Assembly (NCBI GenBank): GCA_964646895.1
Contig: CAZYIP010000001.1
Coordinates: 1 to 60,574 of the forward strand
Length of the DNA: 60,574 nt
Direction: 5' to 3'
DNA from: an uncultured Salinisphaerales bacterium
GTDB taxonomy: Bacteria; Pseudomonadota; Gammaproteobacteria; Nevskiales; CAZYIP01
Each line of letters opens with the position of its first letter. Positions within the stretch are counted from its first letter, which is position 1. The notes below the pieces were generated by a model that did no database searches, was not told the DNA's origin, and worked only from the letters and a program-made list of their open reading frames with translations. Shown here piece by piece: positions 1 to 9,516 of this stretch. The translations under genes and the position numbers were made by a program.

Positions 1-130
1 GGGTCGGTTGCCTCACTCGCGAGCATTGTGAACATACGGCGCAACGGCTTCTTGGCGGACTCAAGCATCGCGATTCTGATTCAGATAAAAAAAATTATTT
101 GTAATCTCATATAAATAGGAGGAGAAACTC

Positions 131-1213
131 ATGTTATCGTGCAACTTCAGATCCGTATTGCGCTTTGCGTCCACCATCGCTCTCGGGCTGGCGGTGCTTG
201 GAATTTCGGTCGCATCATACGCGCAGACTCAGCAAGCCGATCGCTTTCGTGGAATCGTGAAGCCGATCGTCGCCAAGAAACCAATCAGGATCGGTGTCAC
301 GCTCGTTCACCTGAAGGACGATTTCTGGAAAGGGATTGCCTACGGCATCGTGGACGAGGCGAAGCGCTCCAACGTAGAGGTCGTGCAGGTGTCGGTTGCC
401 GGCGCTTACGGCAACGTCACGGCGCAGTTCGGCCAGCTGAGAACCCTGCAGTCCCTCGGGTCCGACGTGGTGGTCGTCGGCGCGGCCGCGTTCGACGGTT
501 ACAATGCGATCCTCAAGCGTCTCAAGAAAAGCGGTATCACGGTCATTGCCGCCGGAATCCCGGTCAATAGTTCGAGTGTCGCCTTTGGCGTAGCTCAGGA
601 CGATAAAGCGATCGGCGTGACGCTGGGCGACATCGTTTGCAAGGCCAAGGGCGCTGCCAAAGCGGCCGCCATCACCATTCCCGGGCCCGCGGGTGCGGAA
701 TGGGCACGGCTGCGCAACGTCGGATTTCTCGAACGCGCAAAGGAGTGCCCGGGGCTGACCGTCGTCAAGGGCACCGTCGGCGGTAGTCTCAGTCTGGAAG
801 ACGGGCTGGCACAGAGTTCGGATTTGCTTTTGAGAACCCCTGATGCGCGGTTCATCTTCACGCCGCAGATCTCGCTTGGCATGGGCGCCGCGCAGGCAGT
901 CAAGCAATTGAATAAAACCGACGTCGACGTGGTAACCAGCGCTGTCGTACGTGAAGCCATTCCCATGCTGAAGGAAGGGCGCCTGCTCGCCGTCGTGTCC
1001 GAGCCCGGTATTCTGATCGGCCGGCTCATCGTCCAGTACGCGATCCGTAAGGAAGAGGGCTTGCCGATGCCGCGTCTGAGCGAGTCGGCTAGTCTGCCCT
1101 ATCCAGTGCTGACCGTTCCCAACAAGGTGATTACCACTCAGGACGCAAGCACATATCCGTTCGACGTTTACGATTTGCCGCCCAAGGACTGGTCGATCAA
1201 GGCAATCCAATAG
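131..1213 (+). CDS. Periplasmic substrate-binding protein of a sugar-type ABC transporter (PBP type-1, RbsB/TorT-like)
   Basis: ATG at 131 preceded by AGGAGG. N-terminal signal peptide (ASTIALGLAVLGISVASYAQ). 'IRIGVTLVHLKDDFWKGIAYGIVDEAK' is typical of LacI/RbsB-fold binding proteins. First gene of an SBP-ATPase-permease operon. Confidence 0.75.
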   Translation: MLSCNFRSVLRFASTIALGLAVLGISVASYAQTQQADRFRGIVKPIVAKKPIRIGVTLVHLKDDFWKGIAYGIVDEAKRSNVEVVQVSVAGAYGNVTAQFGQLRTLQSLGSDVVVVGAAAFDGYNAILKRLKKSGITVIAAGIPVNSSSVAFGVAQDDKAIGVTLGDIVCKAKGAAKAAAITIPGPAGAEWARLRNVGFLERAKECPGLTVVKGTVGGSLSLEDGLAQSSDLLLRTPDARFIFTPQISLGMGAAQAVKQLNKTDVDVVTSAVVREAIPMLKEGRLLAVVSEPGILIGRLIVQYAIRKEEGLPMPRLSESASLPYPVLTVPNKVITTQDASTYPFDVYDLPPKDWSIKAIQ

Positions 1214-1236
1214 CGGTCGGGCCGCCAGGGAGGTAC

Positions 1237-2799
1237 ATGATGAACTCCTCGGTCGATGCAACCCGTCCGGTTCTCGTATCACTGCAGAAAGTGTCGAAGC
1301 AATTCGGCGCGACCCGGGCGCTGAATGACGTTTCGCTTGGCTTTTCGCGCGGTGAGATTCATTGCCTGCTGGGCGAGAACGGCGCCGGCAAATCCACGAT
1401 CGGGAAGCTGCTTGGTGGCATCCATGAACCGGATTGCGGTGAACTCCGCATCGACGCTGTGCAGGTTCGCCTGCGCAGCGTGGCCGAGGCGAGGGCGCAC
1501 GGTATCGGACTGGTCTTTCAAGAGCTTTCTCTAGCGCCGGATCTGACGGTGCGGGAAAACATCTGCCTCGGCACGGAGCCGCGCCGCCATCCGTTGACTC
1601 TGCTACGGCGCAAGGCGGAGGAGCAACGTTGTCAGATGCTGCTCCGTGAGTTTGGGTTGGACACGGATCTTTCCGCCCGGGTTGGCGATCTGCCGGTCGC
1701 GAGTCAGCAGATGATCGAAATCGCGAAAGCTCTGGCTCTCGCCCCTCGAGTGCTGGTGCTCGACGAGCCGACCGCCATGCTCGGGGCGCCGGAGAAGCAG
1801 AAGCTATTCCGGATTCTCCGGCAACTGAAGAGCCAAGGCACGACTTTCATCTTTATTACGCACCACGTTGATGAAGTCATCGAGATAGGGGACCGCGTGA
1901 GCATCATGCGGGACGGCGCACTGATCGAATCCTTCGCGGTCGAGGATGGCGTCGACGCGGAATATATCGTGGAAAGGCTCACCGGCAAACGTAGCAAGCG
2001 GGCTCTGCCAGAGTCGCGGACAGTGGATACCGCGAACATGCTGAGCATCTGCAATCTGCGCAGCCGCAATGGCTCCACTGCCGAGATCAGCGCCCATCGC
2101 GGCGAGATTGTGGGGCTCTATGGCGTCATGGGCTGTGGCCGTGAGCGGGTCGTTCACGCCCTGGTCGGCTTGCAGAAATGCTCCGATCTCACGTTTGCTC
2201 TGGACGGTACTTCCTATCGACCGCGCACGCCGGCCGCGGCCGCCAGGCAGGGCGTGGCTTATCTACCCGTAGGCAGAGCCAGCAATTGCATCCTGCCGAC
2301 CCGCTCGATCAAGGAAAACCTGATGCTGACGCAATTGCACAAGTGGCAGCGGGGCGGTGTTCTGACGGGTGCAGCGGAGCGCGCTGCCGCGAGGGAGCAA
2401 CTCACCCGCCTGCACACCCGCTTGGCCTGCGAAGATGACGCCATTACGAGCCTCAGTGGAGGCAATCAGCAGAAAGTCGTCTTCGGCCGATGTCTCGGGC
2501 ACGCCAGCCGCCTGCTTGTTCTCGAAGAACCCACCGCGGGAATCGATATCGCGGCCAAGCAGGAAATCCATGACCTGATCCGTGAAAGGGCCAACCATGG
2601 CCTGACGGTCATTCTCATGTCCAGTGATCTGGGGGAGACGATGGCGCTGTGCGATGTCGTCTACACATTCTTCGCTGGACGGGTGTTCGGGGTCTACCGG
2701 CAGCCGATCGTGGCTTCCGAAGGGGACATCATCGCCGACGTCCTCGGCAATGCCGAGCAGCAGGTCCAACGACACGACAATGTTTCGAGGGTATGCTGA
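1237..2799 (+). CDS. Sugar ABC transporter ATP-binding protein with tandem ATPase domains (RbsA/MglA-like)
   Basis: Walker A 'GENGAGKST'. Second-domain ABC signature 'LSGGNQQK'. ~520 aa duplicated NBD architecture, located between the SBP and permease genes. Confidence 0.85.
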   Translation: MMNSSVDATRPVLVSLQKVSKQFGATRALNDVSLGFSRGEIHCLLGENGAGKSTIGKLLGGIHEPDCGELRIDAVQVRLRSVAEARAHGIGLVFQELSLAPDLTVRENICLGTEPRRHPLTLLRRKAEEQRCQMLLREFGLDTDLSARVGDLPVASQQMIEIAKALALAPRVLVLDEPTAMLGAPEKQKLFRILRQLKSQGTTFIFITHHVDEVIEIGDRVSIMRDGALIESFAVEDGVDAEYIVERLTGKRSKRALPESRTVDTANMLSICNLRSRNGSTAEISAHRGEIVGLYGVMGCGRERVVHALVGLQKCSDLTFALDGTSYRPRTPAAAARQGVAYLPVGRASNCILPTRSIKENLMLTQLHKWQRGGVLTGAAERAAAREQLTRLHTRLACEDDAITSLSGGNQQKVVFGRCLGHASRLLVLEEPTAGIDIAAKQEIHDLIRERANHGLTVILMSSDLGETMALCDVVYTFFAGRVFGVYRQPIVASEGDIIADVLGNAEQQVQRHDNVSRVC

Positions 2800-2800
2800 C

Positions 2801-3784
2801 ATGCTTCGCGACAAAGCACTCCAGAGAACTCCTTCCCTTCGCGTTCCACGCCTGGCAAAGCTCAAGCTCGCCAATTTCGCACTACCGGCATTCATTGTGT
2901 TGCTGGCGCTGATCGCGGGCACGGTCGAGCCGCGTTTCCTTTCAGCAAGCAATCTCGATAATCTCGCGCGTCAGATGGTGCCCTTGTTGATCGTTTCGGT
3001 GGGGCAGGCTTTCGCGATCATCAGTGGTGGTCTGGATCTTTCGGTCGCTGCCGTGCTGTCCCTGGCGGGCGTCGCCGGCATCCTTGCGATGCAGCAGGCA
3101 GGGTTGGCTGTGGGTCTGGCAGTCATGCTGCTGGCCGGGTTCGCGATGGGGCTGGCCAGTGGCGCCGTCATTGCCTATTTGCGGACGTCGCCGCTGATCG
3201 TGACTCTCGGGATGATGTCGATCAGTCAGGGCCTGGCCCTCATCCTCTCGAACGGAGTGCCAATCTACAATGTACCGGAGGCCCTGACCGAGCGGGTCGG
3301 CTTCGGTGAACTCTACGGCATCCCGGTCACTGTATTGATCGGTGTTTTCACCCTCGCCGTCGGATGGTTCGTGCTGCGGAAGACGGTCTTCGGGCGCTAT
3401 GTCTATGCAATCGGCTCCAGCCATTCCGCAGCGACGAAGTCGGGTATCAATGTTCGCTTCTATACCATGCTCGTCTACGGGTCTGCCGGTCTCGCTTCCG
3501 GCGTCGCCGCGGTCGTACTGACGGCCTGGGTTGGTGCCGCGCAACCGATCGCCGCACCGAGCCTCACACTTGAATCCCTGGCTGCCGTCGTTCTTGGAGG
3601 CGTCGCCCTGACCGGCGGGACTGGCGGCATGCTTCAGGTCATCTATGGCGTGATCATTCTGGCAATGCTGTCGAATGCGATGAACATGATGGGAATATCC
3701 GCGTATTTCCAGATGCTTGCGGTGGGCATCGTCATCATATTGGCGGTCGTGCTTGACCGCTTCCGGCGTGGTCGCCAAGCATGA
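2801..3784 (+). CDS. Sugar ABC transporter permease (RbsC/AraH family)
   Basis: Multi-pass hydrophobic protein (GGLDLSVAAVLSLAG..., LTGGTGG motif region). The tracked ORF starts at 2624 but overlaps the ATPase. The in-frame ATG at 2801 lies 1 nt after the ATPase stop (alternative ATG at 2780). Confidence 0.8.
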   Translation: MLRDKALQRTPSLRVPRLAKLKLANFALPAFIVLLALIAGTVEPRFLSASNLDNLARQMVPLLIVSVGQAFAIISGGLDLSVAAVLSLAGVAGILAMQQAGLAVGLAVMLLAGFAMGLASGAVIAYLRTSPLIVTLGMMSISQGLALILSNGVPIYNVPEALTERVGFGELYGIPVTVLIGVFTLAVGWFVLRKTVFGRYVYAIGSSHSAATKSGINVRFYTMLVYGSAGLASGVAAVVLTAWVGAAQPIAAPSLTLESLAAVVLGGVALTGGTGGMLQVIYGVIILAMLSNAMNMMGISAYFQMLAVGIVIILAVVLDRFRRGRQA

Positions 3785-3827
3785 ATACAGTTGACTATCC
3801 GATGAATAAACCGACGGGGAAGATGCG

Positions 3828-5183
3828 ATGAAAGCAAAAGGTTACCGAATCCGGGGGAAAATTGTCGATGGCAGCAAGAACGCACCGATCGAGCGTGGTG
3901 CCGTGGTTACCGAGGGCGAGCGCATCGCATGGGTCGGCCCGGAAGCGGATTTGCCGGTCGCGCTGTCGTCGCAGGACTATACGGAAATCGACCTGCCGGG
4001 CCGGACGGTGATGCCCGGGATCATCGACGGCCATACTCATATTTCCTTCGGCGAATCACGCTCGGAAGAAGAGGCCGCGCTCTATACGCCAGTCGAATTT
4101 CGCACCCTCAAAGCAGTATGGGCGGCCAAAAAGGTCCTGCAAGCAGGGGTCACCAGCGCCTTCGACGCAGCGTCCAGCTACAACATCGCGCAGGCGGTGC
4201 GCGATGCGATCGATACCGGGATGTTCGATGGTCCGCGCTTCGCCGTATCGGGCCGCCAGCTAACGAACCATCAGGGGCTGGAGGACTCCTTCCCGAACAA
4301 TATGGAGTTTCCACCAGGGCAGGCCGCGGTCCTTATCAAGACGAAAGACGATCTGGTGGAAGCGATCCGTCTGCAGGTTAAGGATGAAGTCGACGCTATT
4401 AAAGTGTCTGGATCGAACGACAACCTGATTACGCCCGATGCGCTCGGTGCGTCCGCCTATACTTTGGAGGAATTCAAGATCATCGCCGATGAAACGCACC
4501 GGTTGGGCAAGATGTGTACCGTGCATGCCCGTTCCCGCCAATCGGCCCTTGACACCGCGAAGGCAGGATTCGACGTAATCTTTCACGCTTCCTACATCGA
4601 TGATGAAGGAATCGATTGGTGCCTCAAGAACAATTGTACGATTACCCCCACCCTGACACTGCTGGTCAATCTGATCGAGGCCGCCCAGGGAAACGCCGGA
4701 GTCTCTCACATCGATGCGTTTCAACGCGAGGTGGATGCAGCCGCGACCAATCTGCGCAAGGCCTATGACGCGGGTGTTCCGCTGGTTGCTGGAACCGAAA
4801 GTGGTTGGTCACCGATTCCCTATGGAGATTGGCATGGCCGTGAAATGCAGATCTTTGTGGATATTCTCGGAATGTCGCCGCTCGAGGCGATCCATGCCAG
4901 CACCTTGGCCGCGACGCGCATGTTCAAACGCTTTGGCCATGAAGTCGGCAAGCTGGAAGCAGGCCGTCTGGCCGATATTCTAGTCGTCAACGGCGACCCG
5001 ACCAAAGATATCAGGTTGCTGCAGCAAAAGAGCAAGTTTGATTACATTCTGAAAGGCGGTGAGGAAATCGATCGCACCCCGGTGCCGCCGCGGAAACGCA
5101 AATGGTACGAAAAGCACAAGATTTTCCTGAATGGCCTGTTCCGTTATGACGAGGAAACCGGAAAGGGCTACCTCGTTCCTTGA
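3828..5183 (+). CDS. Amidohydrolase-superfamily metal-dependent hydrolase
   Basis: 'PGIIDGHTHISF' HxH metal-binding motif near the N-terminus. Later His/Asp motifs (TVHARS, FHASYID, VAGTESG). ~450 aa, typical of the family. Confidence 0.75.
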   Translation: MKAKGYRIRGKIVDGSKNAPIERGAVVTEGERIAWVGPEADLPVALSSQDYTEIDLPGRTVMPGIIDGHTHISFGESRSEEEAALYTPVEFRTLKAVWAAKKVLQAGVTSAFDAASSYNIAQAVRDAIDTGMFDGPRFAVSGRQLTNHQGLEDSFPNNMEFPPGQAAVLIKTKDDLVEAIRLQVKDEVDAIKVSGSNDNLITPDALGASAYTLEEFKIIADETHRLGKMCTVHARSRQSALDTAKAGFDVIFHASYIDDEGIDWCLKNNCTITPTLTLLVNLIEAAQGNAGVSHIDAFQREVDAAATNLRKAYDAGVPLVAGTESGWSPIPYGDWHGREMQIFVDILGMSPLEAIHASTLAATRMFKRFGHEVGKLEAGRLADILVVNGDPTKDIRLLQQKSKFDYILKGGEEIDRTPVPPRKRKWYEKHKIFLNGLFRYDEETGKGYLVP

Positions 5184-5222
5184 GCGCGGTTTGGCGGAAC
5201 CCTCACAACGTCTGGAGTGAAG

Positions 5223-6095
5223 ATGAAACTGGCGACGATCGACTACCATGGAATAACGCGGGTCGCTCTGATTGAGGGAGAGCGCCTGACCAGATTGCTT
5301 CGCCCGGAGTACCGTGACGTGCTGGCCGTGGTGATCGCGGCGAGTAATAGCAAGGCCGAAGTTTTGGCCGTCAGTGAATCGCTGGGTGATGAAGATCCAC
5401 CGCTGCTGGCTCCGATTCCGCGGCCCCGGCGCAACATTTTTTGTGTGGGCAAGAACTATCGCGAGCACGCCCGCGAATTCGCCGACTCGGGTTTCGATTC
5501 GAGCGCATCATCCAGCGCCGTACCGGAGGCGCCCATCATTTTTTCCAAGGTGCCCGAATCGGTGATCGGCTCGCATCAGCCAATCCGTTACGATCCGGCG
5601 ATATCGCAAGCGATCGACTACGAGGGAGAGCTTGCCGTCATAATCGGCCAGGGCGGTCGCCACATTTCGCGCGAGCAGGCGATGGATCATGTCTGGGGTT
5701 ACACGATCGTCAACGACGTCACGGCGCGCGATGTTCAGGGCCGGCTGAAGCAGTGGTTGATCGGCAAGTCGTTCGACACGTTCTGCCCGATGGGACCGTA
5801 TGCCGTGACGGCAGATGAAATAGACCTGGCTGATACGACCCTACGCACCTGGGTCAACGGTGAACTGCGCCAGCAGGCGAATACCCGCGACCTCATCTTC
5901 GACGTCGCGACAGTCATCGAGACGATTTCCGCCGGCGTCAGCCTGTATCCCGGCGATGTGCTTGCAACGGGCACGCCGGTCGGTGTCGGTATCGGTTTCG
6001 ATCCGCCGAGGTTCCTGAAGAACGGCGATGTTGTAGCCGTAGAAATTTCGGGTATCGGCAGACTGGAAAATTCCGTTCAATGGGTCTCCCGCTGA
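5223..6095 (+). CDS. Fumarylacetoacetate hydrolase (FAH) family protein
   Basis: 'IFCVGKNYREHARE', 'IDYEGELAVIIG' and 'GDVLATGTPVGVG' are FAH-fold signatures. The tracked ORF begins at GTG 5217. ATG 5223 sits 5 nt after GGAG. Confidence 0.8.
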   Translation: MKLATIDYHGITRVALIEGERLTRLLRPEYRDVLAVVIAASNSKAEVLAVSESLGDEDPPLLAPIPRPRRNIFCVGKNYREHAREFADSGFDSSASSSAVPEAPIIFSKVPESVIGSHQPIRYDPAISQAIDYEGELAVIIGQGGRHISREQAMDHVWGYTIVNDVTARDVQGRLKQWLIGKSFDTFCPMGPYAVTADEIDLADTTLRTWVNGELRQQANTRDLIFDVATVIETISAGVSLYPGDVLATGTPVGVGIGFDPPRFLKNGDVVAVEISGIGRLENSVQWVSR

Positions 6096-6099
6096 CAAC

Positions 6100-6300
6100 G
6101 AATGCCACCACTGCTTATCACCCTCCCGACATGGAAGGGTGATGCTGCGAATCCCCTGTACGCAAAAACCTCGAAATGACTTGACATCCTCCTCTCCCTG
6201 AAGGGAGAGGATTCTCCTACGTTGTTACCAGCGTAGGGTGAGTGGTGTTATCGATACCGAATACCGGTATCTCCCACGGTTCCTGCTTCTCGACCGAATC
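6100..6300 (-). ncRNA. Candidate omega-RNA (reRNA) scaffold overlapping the tnpB 3' end and right end
   Basis: Established TnpB biology places the guide-RNA scaffold over the tnpB 3' end and RE. Three stem-loops are seen here (6215-6238 spanning the stop codon, 6190-6211, 6117-6143). No transcript evidence. Confidence 0.25.
6117..6143. terminator. Hairpin after the FAH gene (terminator, or part of the IS right end)
   Basis: ATCACCCT-N11-AGGGTGAT, 8-bp stem, 21 nt after the FAH stop. No T-tract, so the assignment is ambiguous. Confidence 0.3.
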
Positions 6301-7551
6301 GGTCTTGGACGGGTGCCCAGCGGCATTGCCCTCCACAGGCTTCAACCCCATGCCCTGGGGCCGTGTTGCTTTGGTGTTGCGCACAAAACGTCGGGCCTCG
6401 TCCTCAATCATGCCGATTGTGACCAGCCCTCTGATCAGGATATTACGGGCCGCGTTGATGTCCGCATTGGCTGAAAAATGACATGCGGTGCAGGCAAACA
6501 CCGCCTGGCTTGGGCGGTTACCGGCAGCCGTATGCCCACACTGCGAGCAACGCTGACTGGTGTAGGCCGGCGCGACCTTAACCAGCTGCCCGCCGAGTCG
6601 GGCGAGCTTGTAGTCGAGTTGGCGTCGGAACTCACCCCAGCCCTGATCGAGAATGGCCCGGTTCAGTCCGGACTTGGCTTTGACGTTTTTTCCCGGTGCC
6701 TCCACTGTGCCTTTGGCCGAGGCCGACATGTTTTGAATGCGCAGGTCTTCCACCGCAATCATGGCGTGGTTTTGGCTCAGCGCCGTGGAGAGCTTGTGCA
6801 GAAAATCGGCCCGGATGCAGGCGATTTTGTGGTGCACCCGGTTGATTTTGGCTTTGGCTTTCCTCCAGTTGGCAGAGAATTTCACCCGTCGCGAAAACGT
6901 GCGCTGCAAGCGCGCGAGCTTCGCCTGGGCGGATTTGAAGGCGTTGACCGGGGCGATCAGCTCGCCCGCGGCGGTGGCGGCAAAGGCGGCCACTCCGGCA
7001 TCGATACCCTCGACGCTCGTCGATGGGTGCACGGGCTCGGGTAGTTCCCGTTCGGTTTGCACCGATACATACCAGTGCCCCGCATCGAGCGAGACGGTGA
7101 CGTTTTTCGCGGCGCCCTCGATCGGGCGGGAATCGAAGTAGCCGACCCACCCAACCTTGGGCAGGTAGATCCGCTTGGTGCCCAGTTGAAAGCCCTGCGG
7201 ATAGCGGAAGCTGTCGCGGACGCCTTTCTTTTTGAACCGTGGCAGGCGCTTGTTGGGCTGCGTCGGATCAAACGCATCCTGGAAGGCGCGGGCCTGGTTT
7301 CTCAACGTTTGTTGCAGCGCCTGGGAATGGGCTTCGCGAAGGAAGCTGCGCTCATCGGTCGCCTTCCATAGCTTCGCCAAGCCGCACAAATCGGCGTACC
7401 ACAGCAGAGGCACGCCCTGCTCCAGCCGGGCGAGATTCAGCCTCAGTGCCTCGTTCCACACGAAGCGGCAATGCCCAGCCTGCACCCGAAGCTGATGCTC
7501 GATCTCGGGCGTGGTCTTGAGGCGATAGCGATAGCCTTGGCGGACAATCAT
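6217..7551 (-). CDS. tnpB: TnpB (OrfB) RNA-guided endonuclease/transposase accessory protein, IS200/IS605 family (IS1341-like, no tnpA)
   Basis: 'QGYRYRLKTTPEIEHQLRVQAGHCRFVWNEAL' N-terminus. RuvC triad contexts 'GIDAGV', 'IAVEDL' and 'NADINAARNI'. Zn finger 'CSQCGH...CTACHF'. No Y1 transposase gene nearby. Confidence 0.9.
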   Translation of the reverse strand: MIVRQGYRYRLKTTPEIEHQLRVQAGHCRFVWNEALRLNLARLEQGVPLLWYADLCGLAKLWKATDERSFLREAHSQALQQTLRNQARAFQDAFDPTQPNKRLPRFKKKGVRDSFRYPQGFQLGTKRIYLPKVGWVGYFDSRPIEGAAKNVTVSLDAGHWYVSVQTERELPEPVHPSTSVEGIDAGVAAFAATAAGELIAPVNAFKSAQAKLARLQRTFSRRVKFSANWRKAKAKINRVHHKIACIRADFLHKLSTALSQNHAMIAVEDLRIQNMSASAKGTVEAPGKNVKAKSGLNRAILDQGWGEFRRQLDYKLARLGGQLVKVAPAYTSQRCSQCGHTAAGNRPSQAVFACTACHFSANADINAARNILIRGLVTIGMIEDEARRFVRNTKATRPQGMGLKPVEGNAAGHPSKTDSVEKQEPWEIPVFGIDNTTHPTLVTT

Positions 7552-8327
7552 GGTTGGGAGCCTACACGACTTTCCAAATGCAGCAAGTGGTCTTTTCCCC
7601 TACCTGAAATACTTCGTTTCAGGGCGCCTTATATCCCTGACCTGAAGGACGGGGCCTTACGGCGCAATACGGTAAAGTTGTACGGGCATCTGCCGCTATG
7701 CATGGTGCAGCAATGAACTTGGTCTGAGCGCTGCTGTCACTGATTTAACCGGCGTGCGGTAGGTGCGCGGCGGTGTGACAGTGCCATGAAATCAGCAGAG
7801 AGGATCCCGCTTTGGACGAATCGCAGCATGACAGGGACGTCGGTTACAGCTCTCCGATAGATGTTGAGGATGTCGACGTCGGCAACGATTGTGATTGGGG
7901 TGATGAAGACGAGGCACCCGATCCTCGCGTTGCGGTCGTCGGGTACAACTGATTATGCCGTGACGGTGGCGCCCCTGCCTTTGTGCCGGGGCGCCTGCCG
8001 CAACCACGCAACCGGTCTCCGGTACAAAAGCCCTCTGCCATTTTGCTGCGGCCTGCGACCCAAGGTCGCACACAGCCCGGATGCGGCGGATCACCTTATC
8101 AACAGAAGCTGTGGATAACACTGTGTACATTAGCCGGAAATCAGTCCCAATCGGTGATGGGGCCGTGCTTTTTTCCGCCCGTGGTCGAAAACTCGCCAAA
8201 CAGTGTGGGCAGGAACAGTTTGTCTTAAAACTGAACGAAAAGGCGAGGCTGGACAGGGTTCTCCGCCTCGGCGAATATATCGCCATGTTGATGATCCCGA
8301 GCGAGCGGCCACACCCGCGAGCCGTTC

Positions 8328-9068
8328 ATGAGCGATAGCGGACCGCTGGCGGCGGCCGCACCGAGCTATCGCATCCGACGCAGTCACCGCGCGCGCCACG
8401 GACGCATCATCGTGCGGCCGTCCGGTGTGGAAGTCGTGGCGCCACTGGAAATGCCCGCGGCGCGCATTCACGCCTTCGTCCAAGAGAAAAGCGACTGGGT
8501 TCAGCGCAAGAGCGAGCAGTTCCGGCGCCAGCTCACCGCCGCAGCCGCCTACCTGCCGGCCTGCTATGCCAGCGGCGCGACCATTCTGTATCGTGGCGAG
8601 CCGGTGCAATTGCAGGTGCTGGGCGCGAAGCGCCGCGGCGCCAGCGTGAAGGCGGAGCACGGCAGGCTGATCGTCACGTTGCCCCGTACCGACCAGGCAC
8701 AGCAGGACCAGCGTGTACGCAGCGCGCTGGAACAATGGTTCCGGAGCGAGTTGCGTCAACTCGCCACATCCCTCGCTGCACGGTATGCGTTTCGCATGGG
8801 CGTGAGAGTGCGCGAGATCCGCGTCAAGAACCAGCGTCACATCTGGGGCAGCTGCGGTCCCACCGGCATCATCAACCTCAATTGGCGGCTCGCCTGCGCG
8901 CCCGAGCGCGTGGTTGAATATGTGGTGGTTCACGAGCTGAGTCATCTGGTGCACCGCGATCATTCGCGTGCATTCTGGGCGCTCGTGGAACGCTACCAGG
9001 CCGATTACCGGATCAACCGCCGCTGGCTGCGGGATCATGACGTGGTGCTGAGCCGTGCCCTCACCTGA
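8328..9068 (+). CDS. YgjP/DUF45-family zinc metallohydrolase (M48-like, HExxH)
   Basis: 'YVVVHELSHLVHRDHSRAFWALVERY' HExxH motif near the C-terminus. Overall ~245-aa DUF45 layout. Confidence 0.8.
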   Translation: MSDSGPLAAAAPSYRIRRSHRARHGRIIVRPSGVEVVAPLEMPAARIHAFVQEKSDWVQRKSEQFRRQLTAAAAYLPACYASGATILYRGEPVQLQVLGAKRRGASVKAEHGRLIVTLPRTDQAQQDQRVRSALEQWFRSELRQLATSLAARYAFRMGVRVREIRVKNQRHIWGSCGPTGIINLNWRLACAPERVVEYVVVHELSHLVHRDHSRAFWALVERYQADYRINRRWLRDHDVVLSRALT

Positions 9069-9501
9069 GCGAGCGCAGCACATAGCGCCCTGCGTGGGCG
9101 CGGTGGTACTGGACGATGCACGGCGGGTACTTTTGATCCAGCGCCGCGACAACGGCTTGTGGGCGTTGCCGACCGGGCACGTTGAACCCGGCGAAACGGT
9201 GAGCGCGGCGGTGGTTCGCGAGTTGGGCGAGGAAACGGGGCTTGCGGTCCGCATCGAGCGCCTGGTTGGTCTGTACTCCAATCCGGCGACCCAGGTGCTG
9301 ACCATGCCGAGCGGGCGGGTGGAGCATTTCGTCACCGCGTGCTTTCTGTGTGTGCCATCCGCGGGTACGCTGCGCCTGCAGGTGGATGAGGTGACGAACG
9401 CTGATTTTTTCCCGCCCGACGATCTGCCGTCGCCTCGCGTCGAAGGGCATGTGGCATGGATACGGGCGGCCCTGGCGGGCGGCGCACCGGTGGTGGACTA
9501 G
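9055..9501 (+). CDS. NUDIX hydrolase
   Basis: Nudix box 'GHVEPGETVSAAVVRELGEETGL'. GTG start overlaps the ygjP-like stop by 14 nt, so the start is uncertain. Confidence 0.8.
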   Translation: MPSPERAQHIAPCVGAVVLDDARRVLLIQRRDNGLWALPTGHVEPGETVSAAVVRELGEETGLAVRIERLVGLYSNPATQVLTMPSGRVEHFVTACFLCVPSAGTLRLQVDEVTNADFFPPDDLPSPRVEGHVAWIRAALAGGAPVVD

Positions 9502-9516
9502 GACGAGGGAAACGAC

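Larger units (their letters stand above)
6100..7700 (-). mobile_element. IS200/IS605-family (IS1341-type) element carrying only tnpB; boundaries approximate
   Basis: tnpB is flanked by hairpins. RE side: 9-bp stem 6190-6198/6203-6211 (loop TGAA) and 8-bp stem 6117-6124/6136-6143. LE side: CCTGAAA-N7-TTTCAGG at 7603-7623. The CCTGAAGG motif occurs on both sides. Exact ends cannot be set without a second copy. Confidence 0.5.

Noticed and set aside
215-1282. 355-aa minus-strand ORF antisense to the substrate-binding protein gene. The same pattern occurs for 8130-9335(-), 9061-10395(-), 10634-11524(-), 12077-13111(-), 12906-14180(+), 14694-15548(-), 15757-17016(-), 17416-18273(-), 19338-20279(-), 21435-22406(-), 23403-24353(-), 28076-29107(-), 31119-32588(-), 32924-34108(-), 34871-36103(-), 37893-39008(-), 39552-40823(-), 52118-53593(+), 53757-55004(+), 56883-58154(+) and 58298-59674(+).
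   Set aside because: All are shadow ORFs typical of high-GC DNA. Their translations are Arg/Gly/Pro/His-rich with no recognisable motifs. The opposite-strand ORF in each case has clear family signatures and operon context.
2624-2800. Upstream extension of the permease ORF. Similar 5' extensions exist for glpK (to 14687), the cysteine synthase gene (to 27928), tagH (from 32783), tssJ (from 34287), tagF (from 40556), hns (to 30042), the SBP (from 21438) and the second permease (from 20218).
   Set aside because: The extensions overlap upstream genes or lack homology-like sequence. Internal ATGs with Shine-Dalgarno motifs give N-termini that match the family hallmarks.
7792-8286. 164-aa minus-strand ORF in the gap next to tnpB.
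   Set aside because: The translation is Cys/Arg/His/Pro-rich with no domain signature. There is no RBS and the composition is atypical. It is treated as non-coding or remnant DNA (see the finding on the 7552-8327 gap).
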